64,000 bases of DNA, taken from IMG/VR virus record IMGVR_UViG_3300013132_000019; one strand, 5' to 3'. This document shows positions 47,457 to 55,577 of the stretch, piece by piece. The notes below the pieces were generated by a model, which was not told the DNA's origin, ran no database searches, and was given only the letters and a program-made list of their open reading frames with translations. The position numbers and the translations under genes are program-made. Numbering within the stretch: the first letter of the stretch is position 1; the number at the start of each line of letters is the position of its first letter. The stretch is from a virus. Taxonomy: Duplodnaviria; Heunggongvirae; Uroviricota; Caudoviricetes.

Positions 47457-47546
47457 GTGGTTGTGGTGGCTACGAACCACTTGAGGCTTCTCACCTCTGA
47501 TTAAACGGATTTGCACCGTTTACGGCCCATTGCGTCCGCACAACCA
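47457..47546 (-). tRNA. class II tRNA (90 nt, long variable stem-loop); the anticodon reads CAA (Leu) but position 33 is G, so identity is uncertain
   Basis: Acceptor TGGTTGT/ACAACCA, anticodon arm AACGG-TGCAAAT-CCGTT, variable arm GAGG-TGAGAAG-CCTC, T-arm GTGG-TTCGTAG-CCAC. Confidence 0.4.
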
Positions 47547-47558
47547 ATATTATTAAAA

Positions 47559-47645
47559 ACCAAACCGTGGGATTCGAACCCCAAAGGCCTTACGTATTGG
47601 CCACCCTCCTGTCCGTCCTTTCCACAAGTAACTTTCCTAATTTGG
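47559..47645 (-). ncRNA. degenerate tRNA-like element (87 nt), intact acceptor stem and TTCGAAT T-loop but a weak T-stem and no clear anticodon arm
   Basis: Acceptor CCAAATT/GGTTTGG, GGGG-TTCGAAT-CCC, internal GGCC-AATACGTAA-GGCC hairpin. Confidence 0.3.
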
Positions 47646-47654
47646 TTTTTATAA

Positions 47655-47700
47655 TTCAATAGGGCGGTTACGAACCGCTAGGACAGGTACTCCTATCGAA
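47655..47700 (-). ncRNA. tRNA-like minihelix (acceptor-like stem, TAGGA-GTACCTG-TCCTA hairpin, GCGG-TTCGTAA-CCGC T-arm-like hairpin)
   Basis: About 48 nt, lacking a D-arm. Confidence 0.3.
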
Positions 47701-47745
47701 CATTTTTTCTTTAATCACCTTACAAATATAGTAATTTTTTTGATT

Positions 47746-48132
47746 TCACAACAGTAGCATTAAGGTTAAAAACAATTGTACATAATGTAATACTTGGTCA
47801 AAACCAACGCTAACAAAAAAATTATGCACGTCACCTTTTGCCCACAACCTTGAGTTTAGTCTGCTAGTAAAATAATCAGTAACTGTATGTGATATAAATG
47901 TGATTAAGGTGAACATTATTGAATTCAATACGTACCAATTAGTTGTGTGTCCACCTGACATTAAACCAAAAAGTATACAACTAACAAGTAACCATACCGA
48001 ACTATATGTACTGGTATGCGCTAATAAGTCACGCCAATTATTACTTTTACCTTTAGCTTGTTTATCAGTTTGTAACACAAAATCAGCAAACCAATGGGTT
48101 ATAAGAACTAAAAAAACTACGGTTAATGTCAT
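47746..48132 (-). CDS. integral membrane protein, about four TM helices (128 aa)
   Basis: Hydrophobic segments throughout. Confidence 0.5.
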   Translation of the reverse strand: MTLTVVFLVLITHWFADFVLQTDKQAKGKSNNWRDLLAHTSTYSSVWLLVSCILFGLMSGGHTTNWYVLNSIMFTLITFISHTVTDYFTSRLNSRLWAKGDVHNFFVSVGFDQVLHYVQLFLTLMLLL

Positions 48133-48171
48133 ATTATCTTTTTTATGTTTTTAAATTTTAAAATTAAATTT

Positions 48172-48235
48172 AGATTGGGGTGGGAGTCGAACCCACCTAT
48201 GCCAACCAATCTTGAAGGATTCGAACCCCCGTAAA
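48172..48235 (-). ncRNA. tRNA-like minihelix / pseudo-tRNA fragments (acceptor AGATTGG/CCAATCT plus GTGGG-TTCGACT-CCCAC T-arm, and a second GGGGG-TTCGAAT motif)
   Basis: Two T-arm-like motifs with no complete cloverleaf. Confidence 0.3.
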
Positions 48236-48284
48236 ACAAAGCGGAACCGAAAACTGACAACCATTCAGTTTTAGTTTTAAGCTC

Positions 48285-48387
48285 GTAGTCAGGACAGGAT
48301 TCGAACCTATATGAAGTATCATCTAATGACCTTATTCTTTTACCCACAATGTAGGGTATTATGCGTCTACCAATTCCGCCACCTGAC
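48285..48387 (-). tRNA. tRNA-Leu-like gene (Leu-type D-arm GGTGGCGGAATTGGTAGACGC), 103 nt, with about 18 nt more than a normal class II tRNA; anticodon unresolved; possible small intron or insert
   Basis: Perfect acceptor AGTCAGG/CCTGACT and T-arm ATAGG-TTCGAAT-CCTGT. The candidate anticodon hairpin TACCC-TACATTGT-GGGTA has an 8-nt loop. A separate ATGA-TACT-TCAT hairpin sits where a variable arm would be. Confidence 0.4.
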
Positions 48388-48589
48388 TATATTCGGGACG
48401 GGAGTAAGCCGCTCCCGTTTGTCCCTACTTCTTTACTGTCGTTTGAGTTTTGAGTTTAGGTCTGAAAACTCCTTCGGTAAGGAAAAGGACCACAGTTTTC
48501 TGGAAAACTTACCTAAACCCCTTTATACAACATTTGTTTCATCTCGTTAAACAATAGTCTCATAGGACGAGGACTAAAAAACGGCTTGT

Positions 48590-48719
48590 GGTCAGTAAAG
48601 GATTCGAACCTTTATAAGATGAGGTGTGTTTTTCTCTCAGGGCTTATTACGCGTTACTCACCCGTCTTGATTACCGACACTTGTTACCAATCTGTGTTTC
48701 GCCAATACACCGACTGACC
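48590..48719 (-). tRNA. tRNA-like gene (130 nt) whose ~50-nt internal insert is derived from the 16S rRNA 5' domain (GACGGGTGAGTAACGCGTAATAAGCCCTGAGAGAAA...ACACCTCAT)
   Basis: Acceptor GGTCAGT/ACTGACC, D-arm GTGT-ATTGGCGAA-ACAC and T-arm AAAGG-TTCGAAT-CCTTT are all perfect. The insert contains an exact 18-mer of the universally conserved bacterial 16S region GACGGGTGAGTAACGCGT. Confidence 0.4.
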
Positions 48720-48850
48720 GTTTAAAAAATTCAATGAGGGTTTCCATTTCCTCTCCGATAACTGTTGTCAATGTGATTTGTGTTAGTGTACCTCTAACTT
48801 AGACACATCGGTGACTCCCATTGTATATGGTTTTAACGTCAATTGAATTG

Positions 48851-48980
48851 TAGTCAGGACAGGATTCGAACCTGTACAGTGTAGTTATATTTTCCCGATA
48901 CCTTTGGAAACTTAATTCCTCAATCTTGTGTAATCTACACCATTATCTTTTTTAGCGTCTACCAATTCCGCCACCTGACT
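48851..48980 (-). tRNA. second tRNA-Leu-like gene (same acceptor, D-arm and T-arm as 48285..48387), 130 nt, with a ~45-nt internal insert; anticodon unresolved
   Basis: The exon-like ends are identical to the first copy. The middle segment differs and contains a GTGTA-GAT-TACAC hairpin. Confidence 0.4.
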
Positions 48981-49444
48981 ATGAAATTATCATCTGCCTC
49001 CCACCACAGGAGGATGCAGTTAATCTGAATCCCTTTCACAGTAATCATATTACTAGGTGTACCAGATGCCATTTTGAGTTAATGGTAACCACACTTTCAA
49101 ACAGACAACGCCCTTTGGTGTCGGGCTATACTTTGATGGCAGCTCCAGACCATCTCTTTTCGGAACTTCATAACTGAAAGTACTGTCTGCTGAAACAGAT
49201 GAATTTTAATATTATAAAACCAATTGGATGAGTCAAAATATGTTACGGTTGATGGCCTCGGTGAAATTTTTAGTTTTCATAAAAGCAATTTCAACTTAAC
49301 TTGTACCAAACAACCATAATTCTAAATAGGTGGCCTACACACTCAGCACCAGTTGCATGGTGGCAACCTGAAATGTGGACGATGCTGCCTCGCCATTAAA
49401 CTGCTATCGGCCTACCTTTATAATATTGTCAAAGAACGATGATA
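48981..49444 (-). ncRNA. ~460-nt GC-enriched, structured, ORF-poor leader transcribed from the promoter at 49445 into the tRNA cluster; contains an ATGAAAACT-initiated 15-codon ORF
   Basis: There is a TATATTTG box at 49445-49452 and no ORF of 60 codons or more. Multiple hairpins are present, and gcttttATGAAAACTAAAAATTTC resembles the other cassette leaders. Confidence 0.3.
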
Positions 49445-49476
49445 CAAATATAGTGATTATTTTTCATATCACCAAA

Positions 49477-50037
49477 TTATTTTTCACTTTTTTCTGAATT
49501 TTTTTCTTCTTTAAGTTCAGCTATCATATCTCTAAGTCTAGCAGCTCTTTCATAGTTTTCGGTATCAACACAATACTGCAACTTGGTAGTCAATAGGTCA
49601 AGTTTTTCTTCTTTGGTTATTTCTCGATTTTTAAAAGGTTTCCTATTAGCCGAACCCATCCCGCTAACAAATGAAAAGAAGTCTTCAATATCATTCATAT
49701 TAATACCCAATGAATCATAATCTGTTATACTTTCAATATCAAAATCATCATTCTCAATGTTAATGTTGGTTGACTCAATGATTTTAACTTTACCTGTTGG
49801 TGTATTCCATATTTTTTCAATAAAAGTGTGACCATCTTGTTTAAACTCCCTTACTGAATCTGGTTCACCCAAATCTTCTTTGTCGTTGAAGTGGTGTTCC
49901 CTAAACCCTTTAAGGAATGAACCGAAACCACCAAAACCTCTTATAAAATCATCATCAAATCCGTCACCGAACATATCACCAAAGAAATCGTCATCGTTTT
50001 TTTTCATAGTATTTTTATTTTTTACAAATATACACAA
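49477..50037 (-). CDS. acidic protein with a C-terminal UVR (UvrB/UvrC-type) motif (186 aa)
   Basis: YERAARLRDMIAELKEEK matches the UVR domain consensus. Confidence 0.5.
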   Translation of the reverse strand: MCIFVKNKNTMKKNDDDFFGDMFGDGFDDDFIRGFGGFGSFLKGFREHHFNDKEDLGEPDSVREFKQDGHTFIEKIWNTPTGKVKIIESTNINIENDDFDIESITDYDSLGINMNDIEDFFSFVSGMGSANRKPFKNREITKEEKLDLLTTKLQYCVDTENYERAARLRDMIAELKEEKNSEKSEK

Positions 50038-50074
50038 ATTTTAAACCATATAGGTTTTCCTGTCAAATTGACAT

Positions 50075-50359
50075 TTAAAGTATCTTTTTAATCGTATTCA
50101 AAGTATTTCTTAGTTTTTCTCTAAAATATAATAAAGGGTTTATTTTAGAGAAATAGAAAAATAAGCCAAAGAACAGAGCCGATAGGCAATAGAAAATTAA
50201 AGTTGTAGTCCAATAATCCCCTGTCCAACTCATTATCGATGCAAACGCCACATCGAACCCGAATGGGTTTGTCCAAGTCGCTAGAATTAGACAAATCGTT
50301 GCTATCTTTCTGTTTACTGTCACCATCAGTATTTTCCATGAATTATTATTTAATATCAA
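50075..50359 (-). CDS. small membrane protein (94 aa)
   Basis: Two or three hydrophobic helices. Lies just outside the right end of the IS. Confidence 0.35.
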   Translation of the reverse strand: MILNNNSWKILMVTVNRKIATICLILATWTNPFGFDVAFASIMSWTGDYWTTTLIFYCLSALFFGLFFYFSKINPLLYFREKLRNTLNTIKKIL

Positions 50360-50399
50360 TTCGATTTAATCATCTAATATATGATACTATCGAATTCTT

Positions 50400-50560
50400 A
50401 TTTATTATAAATATGTTAAAAAAAAAAGAAGGGGAGCCATTACGGTCTTTCTTGTGATTCAATGCGCAATCACCACAATAACAATCGGTCTTCGAGAGGT
50501 CGGTGAACTACCCACCCACGCCAGAGGCGATGGGTTGGGCTTCATGAGTCAGCACTCCCA
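50400..50560 (-). ncRNA. candidate omega-RNA (TnpB guide RNA scaffold) overlapping the tnpB 3' end and the IS right end
   Basis: An exceptionally GC-rich, hairpin-rich ~150 nt (for example CCCACCCACGCCAGAGGCGATGGGTTGGG), in the position where IS605-family omega-RNAs are encoded. Confidence 0.35.
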
Positions 50561-51785
50561 CTAACGTGGGCAGTTCGTCATGATTTTTTCTGTCAGTTCC
50601 TGACAAAATATTTCTTAAACTAAAATTTTTAATATTAATTGCCGCATTTATATCCCTATCATGTTCAGTATTACAGTTAACACAAGTCCATTCTCTATCT
50701 TTTAACGTTAGTTCTTTATTAATATAACCACAGTTAGAACATGTCTTTGATGATGGTTCAAATCTACCTATCTTAAGTATATTTGTTCCATACCATTCAG
50801 ACTTATATTCTAACATATTAACAAAAGTTGACCAACTTACATCTGATATTGCTTGTGCTAAATTATGATTTTTAATCATATTACTTACAGCAAGATTTTC
50901 TAAACTGATTGTTTGGTTCTCACGAACCAGTTTAGAAGATATTTTATGCAAATAATCTTTTCTTTTATTTGTTACTTTTTCATGTAACTTTGCTAATTTT
51001 TGTTTTGTTCTTTTTCCTTTATTTTTACTATACTTACTCTGTATGTATTTTAATTTAGATTGTGCTTTACGTAAGTGCTTAGGGTTATCAAATACTTCAC
51101 CATCTGATGTTATTACGAAATCTTTAATTCCTAAGTCTATACCAATAGTAGTTTCTTCTTTTATCTTAGATTTAGGTTTACATTGTTCACCAGTTTCACA
51201 AAGAATGGAAACAAAATACTTACCTGTGGGTGTTTTAGATATTGTTGCTTGTCTTATTTCACCTTTAAGTGGTCTATGTAATATAATATCTAACCCATTT
51301 TTCTTTGTGAATTTAGGTATAATTAATTTATTATTTTCTACTTTTACTCTTTGTGGTATGTTAAAACTACCACCATTAGATTTCTTTTTATACTTAGGAA
51401 ATGAATTTTGACCTTTAAAAAAAGCGGTATATGCTTTATCTAAATTAGTTATACTTTGCTGTAATGATTGTGAATTAATTTCCTTTAACCAAGACAATTC
51501 TTCTTTCAATTCTTTTAGTTGTGAATGCAGTTCAAAACAAGAAAGATTATGTTTATTGCCAGCATAAGCTATTTGTTTGGTTTCCAACGCTAAATTATAT
51601 ATAAACCTAGAAGCACCAATATGCTTATTCAGAAGAACTTTTTGTTCTTCAGTCGGATTAAGTCTATATTTAAAAGCTTTCAACATCATATATAAATATG
51701 TAGAAAAATTAAAAAGTTTAAAGAAAATATAAAATTTATTTACATTTATTGAATTAATGTTGTTATTGTCGCTTTCATCCCACCC
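50471..51785 (-). mobile_element. TnpB-only IS200/IS605-family (IS1341-like) insertion element, about 1.3 kb, with a short inverted motif at the ends
   Basis: tnpB runs 50508..51689. CACAATAACAATCG at 50474-50487 and its inverse CGACAATAACAAC at 51770-51782 flank it. A GC-rich segment overlaps the tnpB 3' end. Confidence 0.55.
50508..51689 (-). CDS. tnpB: TnpB (IS605 OrfB-family RuvC-like RNA-guided endonuclease), 393 aa
   Basis: N-terminal FKYRLNPT. RuvC-I IGIDLGIKDF. Zinc finger CSNCG...CVNC. RuvC-III DRDINAAINI. Confidence 0.8.
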   Translation of the reverse strand: MMLKAFKYRLNPTEEQKVLLNKHIGASRFIYNLALETKQIAYAGNKHNLSCFELHSQLKELKEELSWLKEINSQSLQQSITNLDKAYTAFFKGQNSFPKYKKKSNGGSFNIPQRVKVENNKLIIPKFTKKNGLDIILHRPLKGEIRQATISKTPTGKYFVSILCETGEQCKPKSKIKEETTIGIDLGIKDFVITSDGEVFDNPKHLRKAQSKLKYIQSKYSKNKGKRTKQKLAKLHEKVTNKRKDYLHKISSKLVRENQTISLENLAVSNMIKNHNLAQAISDVSWSTFVNMLEYKSEWYGTNILKIGRFEPSSKTCSNCGYINKELTLKDREWTCVNCNTEHDRDINAAINIKNFSLRNILSGTDRKNHDELPTLVGVLTHEAQPIASGVGG

Positions 51786-51930
51786 ACTTTCTATGTAAGT
51801 TTCAGGTTCACGTTTCTAACTGCTTCAAAGAAAAAATTTGATGTTAATACGAATTTGCTGAAATGAACCTTTAATGTTTTAATTTCAAAGAACAATACAA
51901 ATATACAAATTATATTTTAATTGTGCAAAT

Positions 51931-52338
51931 TTATTCATAAAAAGTTACCATTCTTTGTTGCGGTCTAACTTCACGGCAAGAACCCCAACCGTCAAATTCA
52001 GTACCATGGTATGATTGATACCAACCATCAACTCTGACATAAACATCATGGTCAACAAAATGGTATACAATGTACCATTCTTCACCTTCACCTTCACCAC
52101 CGTGTTGGTCAACAACATTTACGGTACCAAATTTAGTCGTTTTAAGATATTCCTCTCTTCGTTGCTTTCTAGACTCATAGTCACTATCAAGTTCTGGCAT
52201 GAAATCATTTGGTACCGTGATGTAGTAAAAACCATCATGAGCAAATTCTGAAACGTCACCAAAGGTAGCTTCAATTTCCGTCATTAATTCTGAGAATGTT
52301 AATTTTTCCATTTTTTTTCTAATTTTAAAGTGATTCAA
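51931..52338 (-). CDS. hypothetical protein (135 aa)
   Basis: ORF. Confidence 0.5.
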   Translation of the reverse strand: MNHFKIRKKMEKLTFSELMTEIEATFGDVSEFAHDGFYYITVPNDFMPELDSDYESRKQRREEYLKTTKFGTVNVVDQHGGEGEGEEWYIVYHFVDHDVYVRVDGWYQSYHGTEFDGWGSCREVRPQQRMVTFYE

Positions 52339-52561
52339 ATTTTGTTATTTTAACTTCCGTTGGTTCAACGAACTGTATACCAATCAATTCCTTATATCCA
52401 TAGGAATCTCTGTAGTAGTCTAATTTAATATATAATTTATCAGATAATTTTTTAACCTCATAACATGATTGGTCATCGTCATAATCATAAGGTGTTCTGG
52501 ACTCAGCTATTTCGAGTCCGTTAACATTATGTAATAATTTGTTAATTTCAGTTAAGTTCAT
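52325..52561 (-). CDS. hypothetical protein (78 aa)
   Basis: ORF. Confidence 0.4.
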   Translation of the reverse strand: MNLTEINKLLHNVNGLEIAESRTPYDYDDDQSCYEVKKLSDKLYIKLDYYRDSYGYKELIGIQFVEPTEVKITKFESL

Positions 52562-53315
52562 AGTTTAATTGATTTTTAATTAAGTTAATAAAATTGATTT
52601 CGGCTCTATTGATTTTTAAATAATTTTCAACAACAAATGGGAACATCCATATTGGCGCATGTTGCATGATGAACTTCTTTAACATCTTTGAATATGCAAT
52701 CAAATAATGTTTATTCTTATACCGTTCATAAGCCATAACATACACTTCTTCCCTAATAACATCAAGTTTCTCATTTAATGATAACCCATTGAATTTATCT
52801 TCAGATATTTCAACGTCCTTACCGTCAACCAATATTTTTTGATATGTTGGTTCTGGATTGATTAATGTATGTAAATGGTCATGCTCATGTTCATCATAAT
52901 TGATAGCGTTAGTGAAAAATTCATCCTTTGTCATATTAAGATTGCTCCTTCTATGTCTTGGGTGAAAATCTTTCCAATAATCATATAACTCCAATAACAG
53001 ATTATAATCATATTGACAACCCTTTTTCAATAAGAACTGCACATCCCACATATGTTTATCCCAATTGATGTTGAAAAATAAATGAGACATCTTAAGTGTC
53101 AATAACATATTCGGGTCAATATACTTCTGACCATCTGAGATATGCTTGAATAAAATTGGATTTTCCAAATACTCAACCTCTCTGGTGGTTTTAAGACCTT
53201 CAGTTGATTCAACAGCAATGTCGATATCTTTTGGTTCCCTATTAAAGTCAGGGAAATGATACCTCATTGCTGTTGAACCTATTATCAACTCTTTATTGAT
53301 TGTCTCATTTTGCAT
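52548..53315 (-). CDS. nucleotidyltransferase-fold protein (start corrected to MQNETINK), with a pol-beta-like GS...D.D motif
   Basis: IGSTAMRYHFPDFNREPKDIDIAV, plus the His-rich EHEHDHLH. The track start MYICTM is the promoter box read in frame. Confidence 0.4.
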   Translation of the reverse strand: MQNETINKELIIGSTAMRYHFPDFNREPKDIDIAVESTEGLKTTREVEYLENPILFKHISDGQKYIDPNMLLTLKMSHLFFNINWDKHMWDVQFLLKKGCQYDYNLLLELYDYWKDFHPRHRRSNLNMTKDEFFTNAINYDEHEHDHLHTLINPEPTYQKILVDGKDVEISEDKFNGLSLNEKLDVIREEVYVMAYERYKNKHYLIAYSKMLKKFIMQHAPIWMFPFVVENYLKINRAEINFINLIKNQLNYELN

Positions 53316-53351
53316 GGTACAAATATACAAAATATTTTTAACTATGCAAAT

Positions 53352-53792
53352 CTATTTTCTTTTACGTTTATTTTTCCTAGATGTTTTTTTCTTAATCTTG
53401 TTAGATTTACTTTTGTTTTTAGACTTATGGTTCTTAATTCTATATCGATTTTTTCGTTTCTTTGATTTAGCTAATGTTCTTGATTCTTTGCTTGACATGT
53501 AACCACCATCACCACCTTCTTTGAGGTTTAAACATTTGGAATCTTTTAATATATCACCAGTTACAATAGTTTTTTCGATTTCAGATAATATTTTTCGATT
53601 ATCAGCAAAAGCTAATATTTCATTGACATGATTTTCAACACCATATTTCTTCACCGAATGTTTCAACAAAACACCTGAACCAATATACCCATCGTTAAGG
53701 TCACTGGTTGAATGTATACCAATATAATATTTACCAGTTACCTGACAGGTTGTTTTGTATATATAATGATATTTTTTATTATTGTTCGCCAC
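53352..53792 (-). CDS. GIY-YIG endonuclease (Seg-like homing endonuclease) with a basic C-terminal tail; GTG start
   Basis: KYHYIYKTTCQVTGKYYIGIHS is the GIY-YIG signature. The C-terminus is Lys/Arg-rich. It lies adjacent to a tRNA cluster. Confidence 0.6.
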   Translation of the reverse strand: MANNNKKYHYIYKTTCQVTGKYYIGIHSTSDLNDGYIGSGVLLKHSVKKYGVENHVNEILAFADNRKILSEIEKTIVTGDILKDSKCLNLKEGGDGGYMSSKESRTLAKSKKRKNRYRIKNHKSKNKSKSNKIKKKTSRKNKRKRK

Positions 53793-53811
53793 AATAATAA
53801 ATATTTTAAAG

Positions 53812-53884
53812 TGTAGCGTATCGGCCTCGAACCGATGACTCCGCCTTGCAAGGGCAGTATTATAGCCAGCTTAACTAACACCAC
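53812..53884 (-). tRNA. tRNA-Ala (anticodon UGC) with a G3:U70 pair
   Basis: Acceptor GTGGTGT/ACGCTAC, anticodon arm CTGCC-CTTGCAA-GGCGG, T-arm ATCGG-TTCGAGG-CCGAT. Confidence 0.6.
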
Positions 53885-53909
53885 AATAAGTGCCAAAAAT
53901 ATGTCTAGG

Positions 53910-53982
53910 CGGACGCCACGGGGGTTGAACCCGCAATCTCAGCCGTGACAGGGCCGTATGTTACCAACAACACCTCGCGTCC
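53910..53982 (-). tRNA. tRNA-Asp (anticodon GUC)
   Basis: Anticodon arm CGGCC-CTGTCAC-GGCTG, T-arm GCGGG-TTCAACC-CCCGT. Confidence 0.55.
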
Positions 53983-54035
53983 GTTAATATCCGTCTTTCC
54001 AGATTGTCAAAAGGCTTTAAAACTCTATATTTTCA

Positions 54036-54109
54036 GTAGTCCGTATGGGATTTGAACCCATGACTCCGCTGTGAAAGAGCGGTGACTTAAACCACTTGTC
54101 GAACGGACC
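54036..54109 (-). tRNA. tRNA-Glu (anticodon UUC)
   Basis: Acceptor GGTCCGT/ACGGACT, anticodon arm CCGCT-CTTTCAC-AGCGG, T-arm ATGGG-TTCAAAT-CCCAT. Confidence 0.6.
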
Positions 54110-54115
54110 GTTTTG

Positions 54116-54188
54116 TGTGATGGGTTGGAATCGAACCAACATTATCGCTTTTTCAGAGCGACACCTTGACCAACTTGGTAACCACCAC
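54116..54188 (-). tRNA. tRNA-Phe (anticodon GAA)
   Basis: Acceptor GTGGTGG/CCATCAC, anticodon arm TCGCT-CTGAAAA-AGCGA, T-arm GTTGG-TTCGATT-CCAAC. Confidence 0.6.
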
Positions 54189-54203
54189 ATACATCAAAAA
54201 AAA

Positions 54204-54232
54204 AACCCTTCGGATATCCGAAGGGTTTCTTA
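54204..54232 (-). terminator. rho-independent terminator (perfect palindrome AACCCTTCGGATATCCGAAGGGTT followed by T10 on the minus strand)
   Basis: Direct read. Separates the leader cassette from tRNA cluster 3. Confidence 0.65.
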
Positions 54233-54258
54233 TCGTTTTTTATTTGACTTTTAGTTAC

Positions 54259-54351
54259 GACAAATCCTTCGGATTGTAAACACAATCATCCTCCTCCGCT
54301 GCGAATGCGGCAAAGTTGAAAGCAAATATGTCGTTAAAAGTTTTCATAGTT
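54259..54351 (-). CDS. conserved leader small ORF (30 codons, MKTFNDIFAFNFAAFAAEEDDCVYNPKDLS) with embedded hairpins; may be non-coding
   Basis: The leader CCATATTTAATTAATAAGAGAAAAAACTATGAAAACT is conserved with the 45680 and 57888 loci. Confidence 0.3.
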
Positions 54352-54377
54352 TTTTCTCTTATTAATTAAATATGGTG

Positions 54378-54385
54378 CAAATATA
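54378..54385 (-). promoter_or_regulatory. -7 box TATATTTG with a CTTGCATAGTTA -33-like element; promoter of the leader cassette for tRNA cluster 3
   Basis: On the minus strand: CTTGCATAGTTAATAAGTCTTTTGTATATTTG. Confidence 0.5.
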
Positions 54386-54431
54386 CAAAAGACTTATTAA
54401 CTATGCAAGTTTTTTCAAAAAAAAAATGAAA

Positions 54432-55577
54432 TTAGTTTTTTGTCCCGTAGAAAGATGGTTTTGGACCACCTAATTTGATGTCCTGTAATAACTGATATTG
54501 TCTTTGCGTTAGAAATATGAACTCATCCTTACCAGCTTTATTAATCCAACCACTTAAAACCTTTTCACCACTTCTATTGGTTGTGTTCTTTTTTAAACCT
54601 TTTAGATAACCAACAGATATTCGTTTCTTTTCATCGTTTTCAGTTATGGTGACTGATTTATCGTATGCTTGAGTTTGTATATCATTCAATTTACCCATAA
54701 ATTCATTTCGTCTTAAAAGTTTAAACACAATGTTTGTTGGTGAAAACTCACCACCAGTTTCTAAACCAGATTTTCGCATTTTTCTGATTCGTTCTTTCAG
54801 TTTGGTAATATCATCAATTACACCGTCTAAGTCATCACCTTTTTTAAAATCCTTTTCGATGTCTTCAATACGTTTGATTATTGTATCGTATTTTTTCTCG
54901 ATTGTTGGTCTATCCAATTCAACTATGTCTTTTATTGGTTCTTTAACCCAAGCATTATCAGTAATTGAGTAGACACCTGTTGAATGATGTGGTTCGTCTT
55001 TATCCTGTAGATAAAGTTCGACATCAAAACCTTTAACCGTTATGTCATGGTCAGAATTCCATTTTCTGGTTTTGGTATCCAATAAATCTTTAATCAATTC
55101 AGGGTCACCTTCAAGTTGGTTCACATCAAATACTATATGTAGGTCAATATCTGAATACTTTGACCAATTATAATTCGCCAAACTACCAGTCATTGTTACA
55201 TCATCATATGTGAAACCAAGTTCCAATGAATCCCAATAATCGTTTGCGATTTTTAATAATACTTTACGTATGTCTTCTTTAATTTTACCACCATCCCATA
55301 TTTCAGAATTAAGGGTGTCGTTCATTTTGAATGTGGATAGGTCAACCTCATTCAATATTTCTTCTAAGTGTTTAGCTTTATTGATTTCAATCGCGGCCAG
55401 CTGTTTAAGTGCTTTCTCTTTAGTGTCGTGAGTACCTAATCGTTTACCACCCTTTTTTGGATATACAACATACTTACCATTTTGTTTTTTAATGGTTTCG
55501 TTAAGTTGTTCACGTAAAGATTTTCTAATATCTTGCCTCATAACAATAAATATGGTCAGAAGTAGACAACATTCCAA
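54432..55577 (-). CDS. polymerase-beta-superfamily nucleotidyltransferase-domain protein (381 aa; the start is probably the internal MRQDIRK)
   Basis: TMTGSLANYNWSKYSDIDLHIVFD fits the GS-x(9-13)-DhD NTase motif. The rest is uncharacterised. Confidence 0.45.
   Translation of the reverse strand: MECCLLLTIFIVMRQDIRKSLREQLNETIKKQNGKYVVYPKKGGKRLGTHDTKEKALKQLAAIEINKAKHLEEILNEVDLSTFKMNDTLNSEIWDGGKIKEDIRKVLLKIANDYWDSLELGFTYDDVTMTGSLANYNWSKYSDIDLHIVFDVNQLEGDPELIKDLLDTKTRKWNSDHDITVKGFDVELYLQDKDEPHHSTGVYSITDNAWVKEPIKDIVELDRPTIEKKYDTIIKRIEDIEKDFKKGDDLDGVIDDITKLKERIRKMRKSGLETGGEFSPTNIVFKLLRRNEFMGKLNDIQTQAYDKSVTITENDEKKRISVGYLKGLKKNTTNRSGEKVLSGWINKAGKDEFIFLTQRQYQLLQDIKLGGPKPSFYGTKN

Noticed and set aside
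47440-49440. Considered whether the 2-kb ORF-free, tRNA-containing region encodes tmRNA or RNase P RNA.
   Set aside because: I could not find the tag-peptide reading frame or resume codon, and the universally conserved P4 helix sequences of RNase P RNA are absent. It is reported as tRNAs, tRNA-like elements and a structured leader instead.
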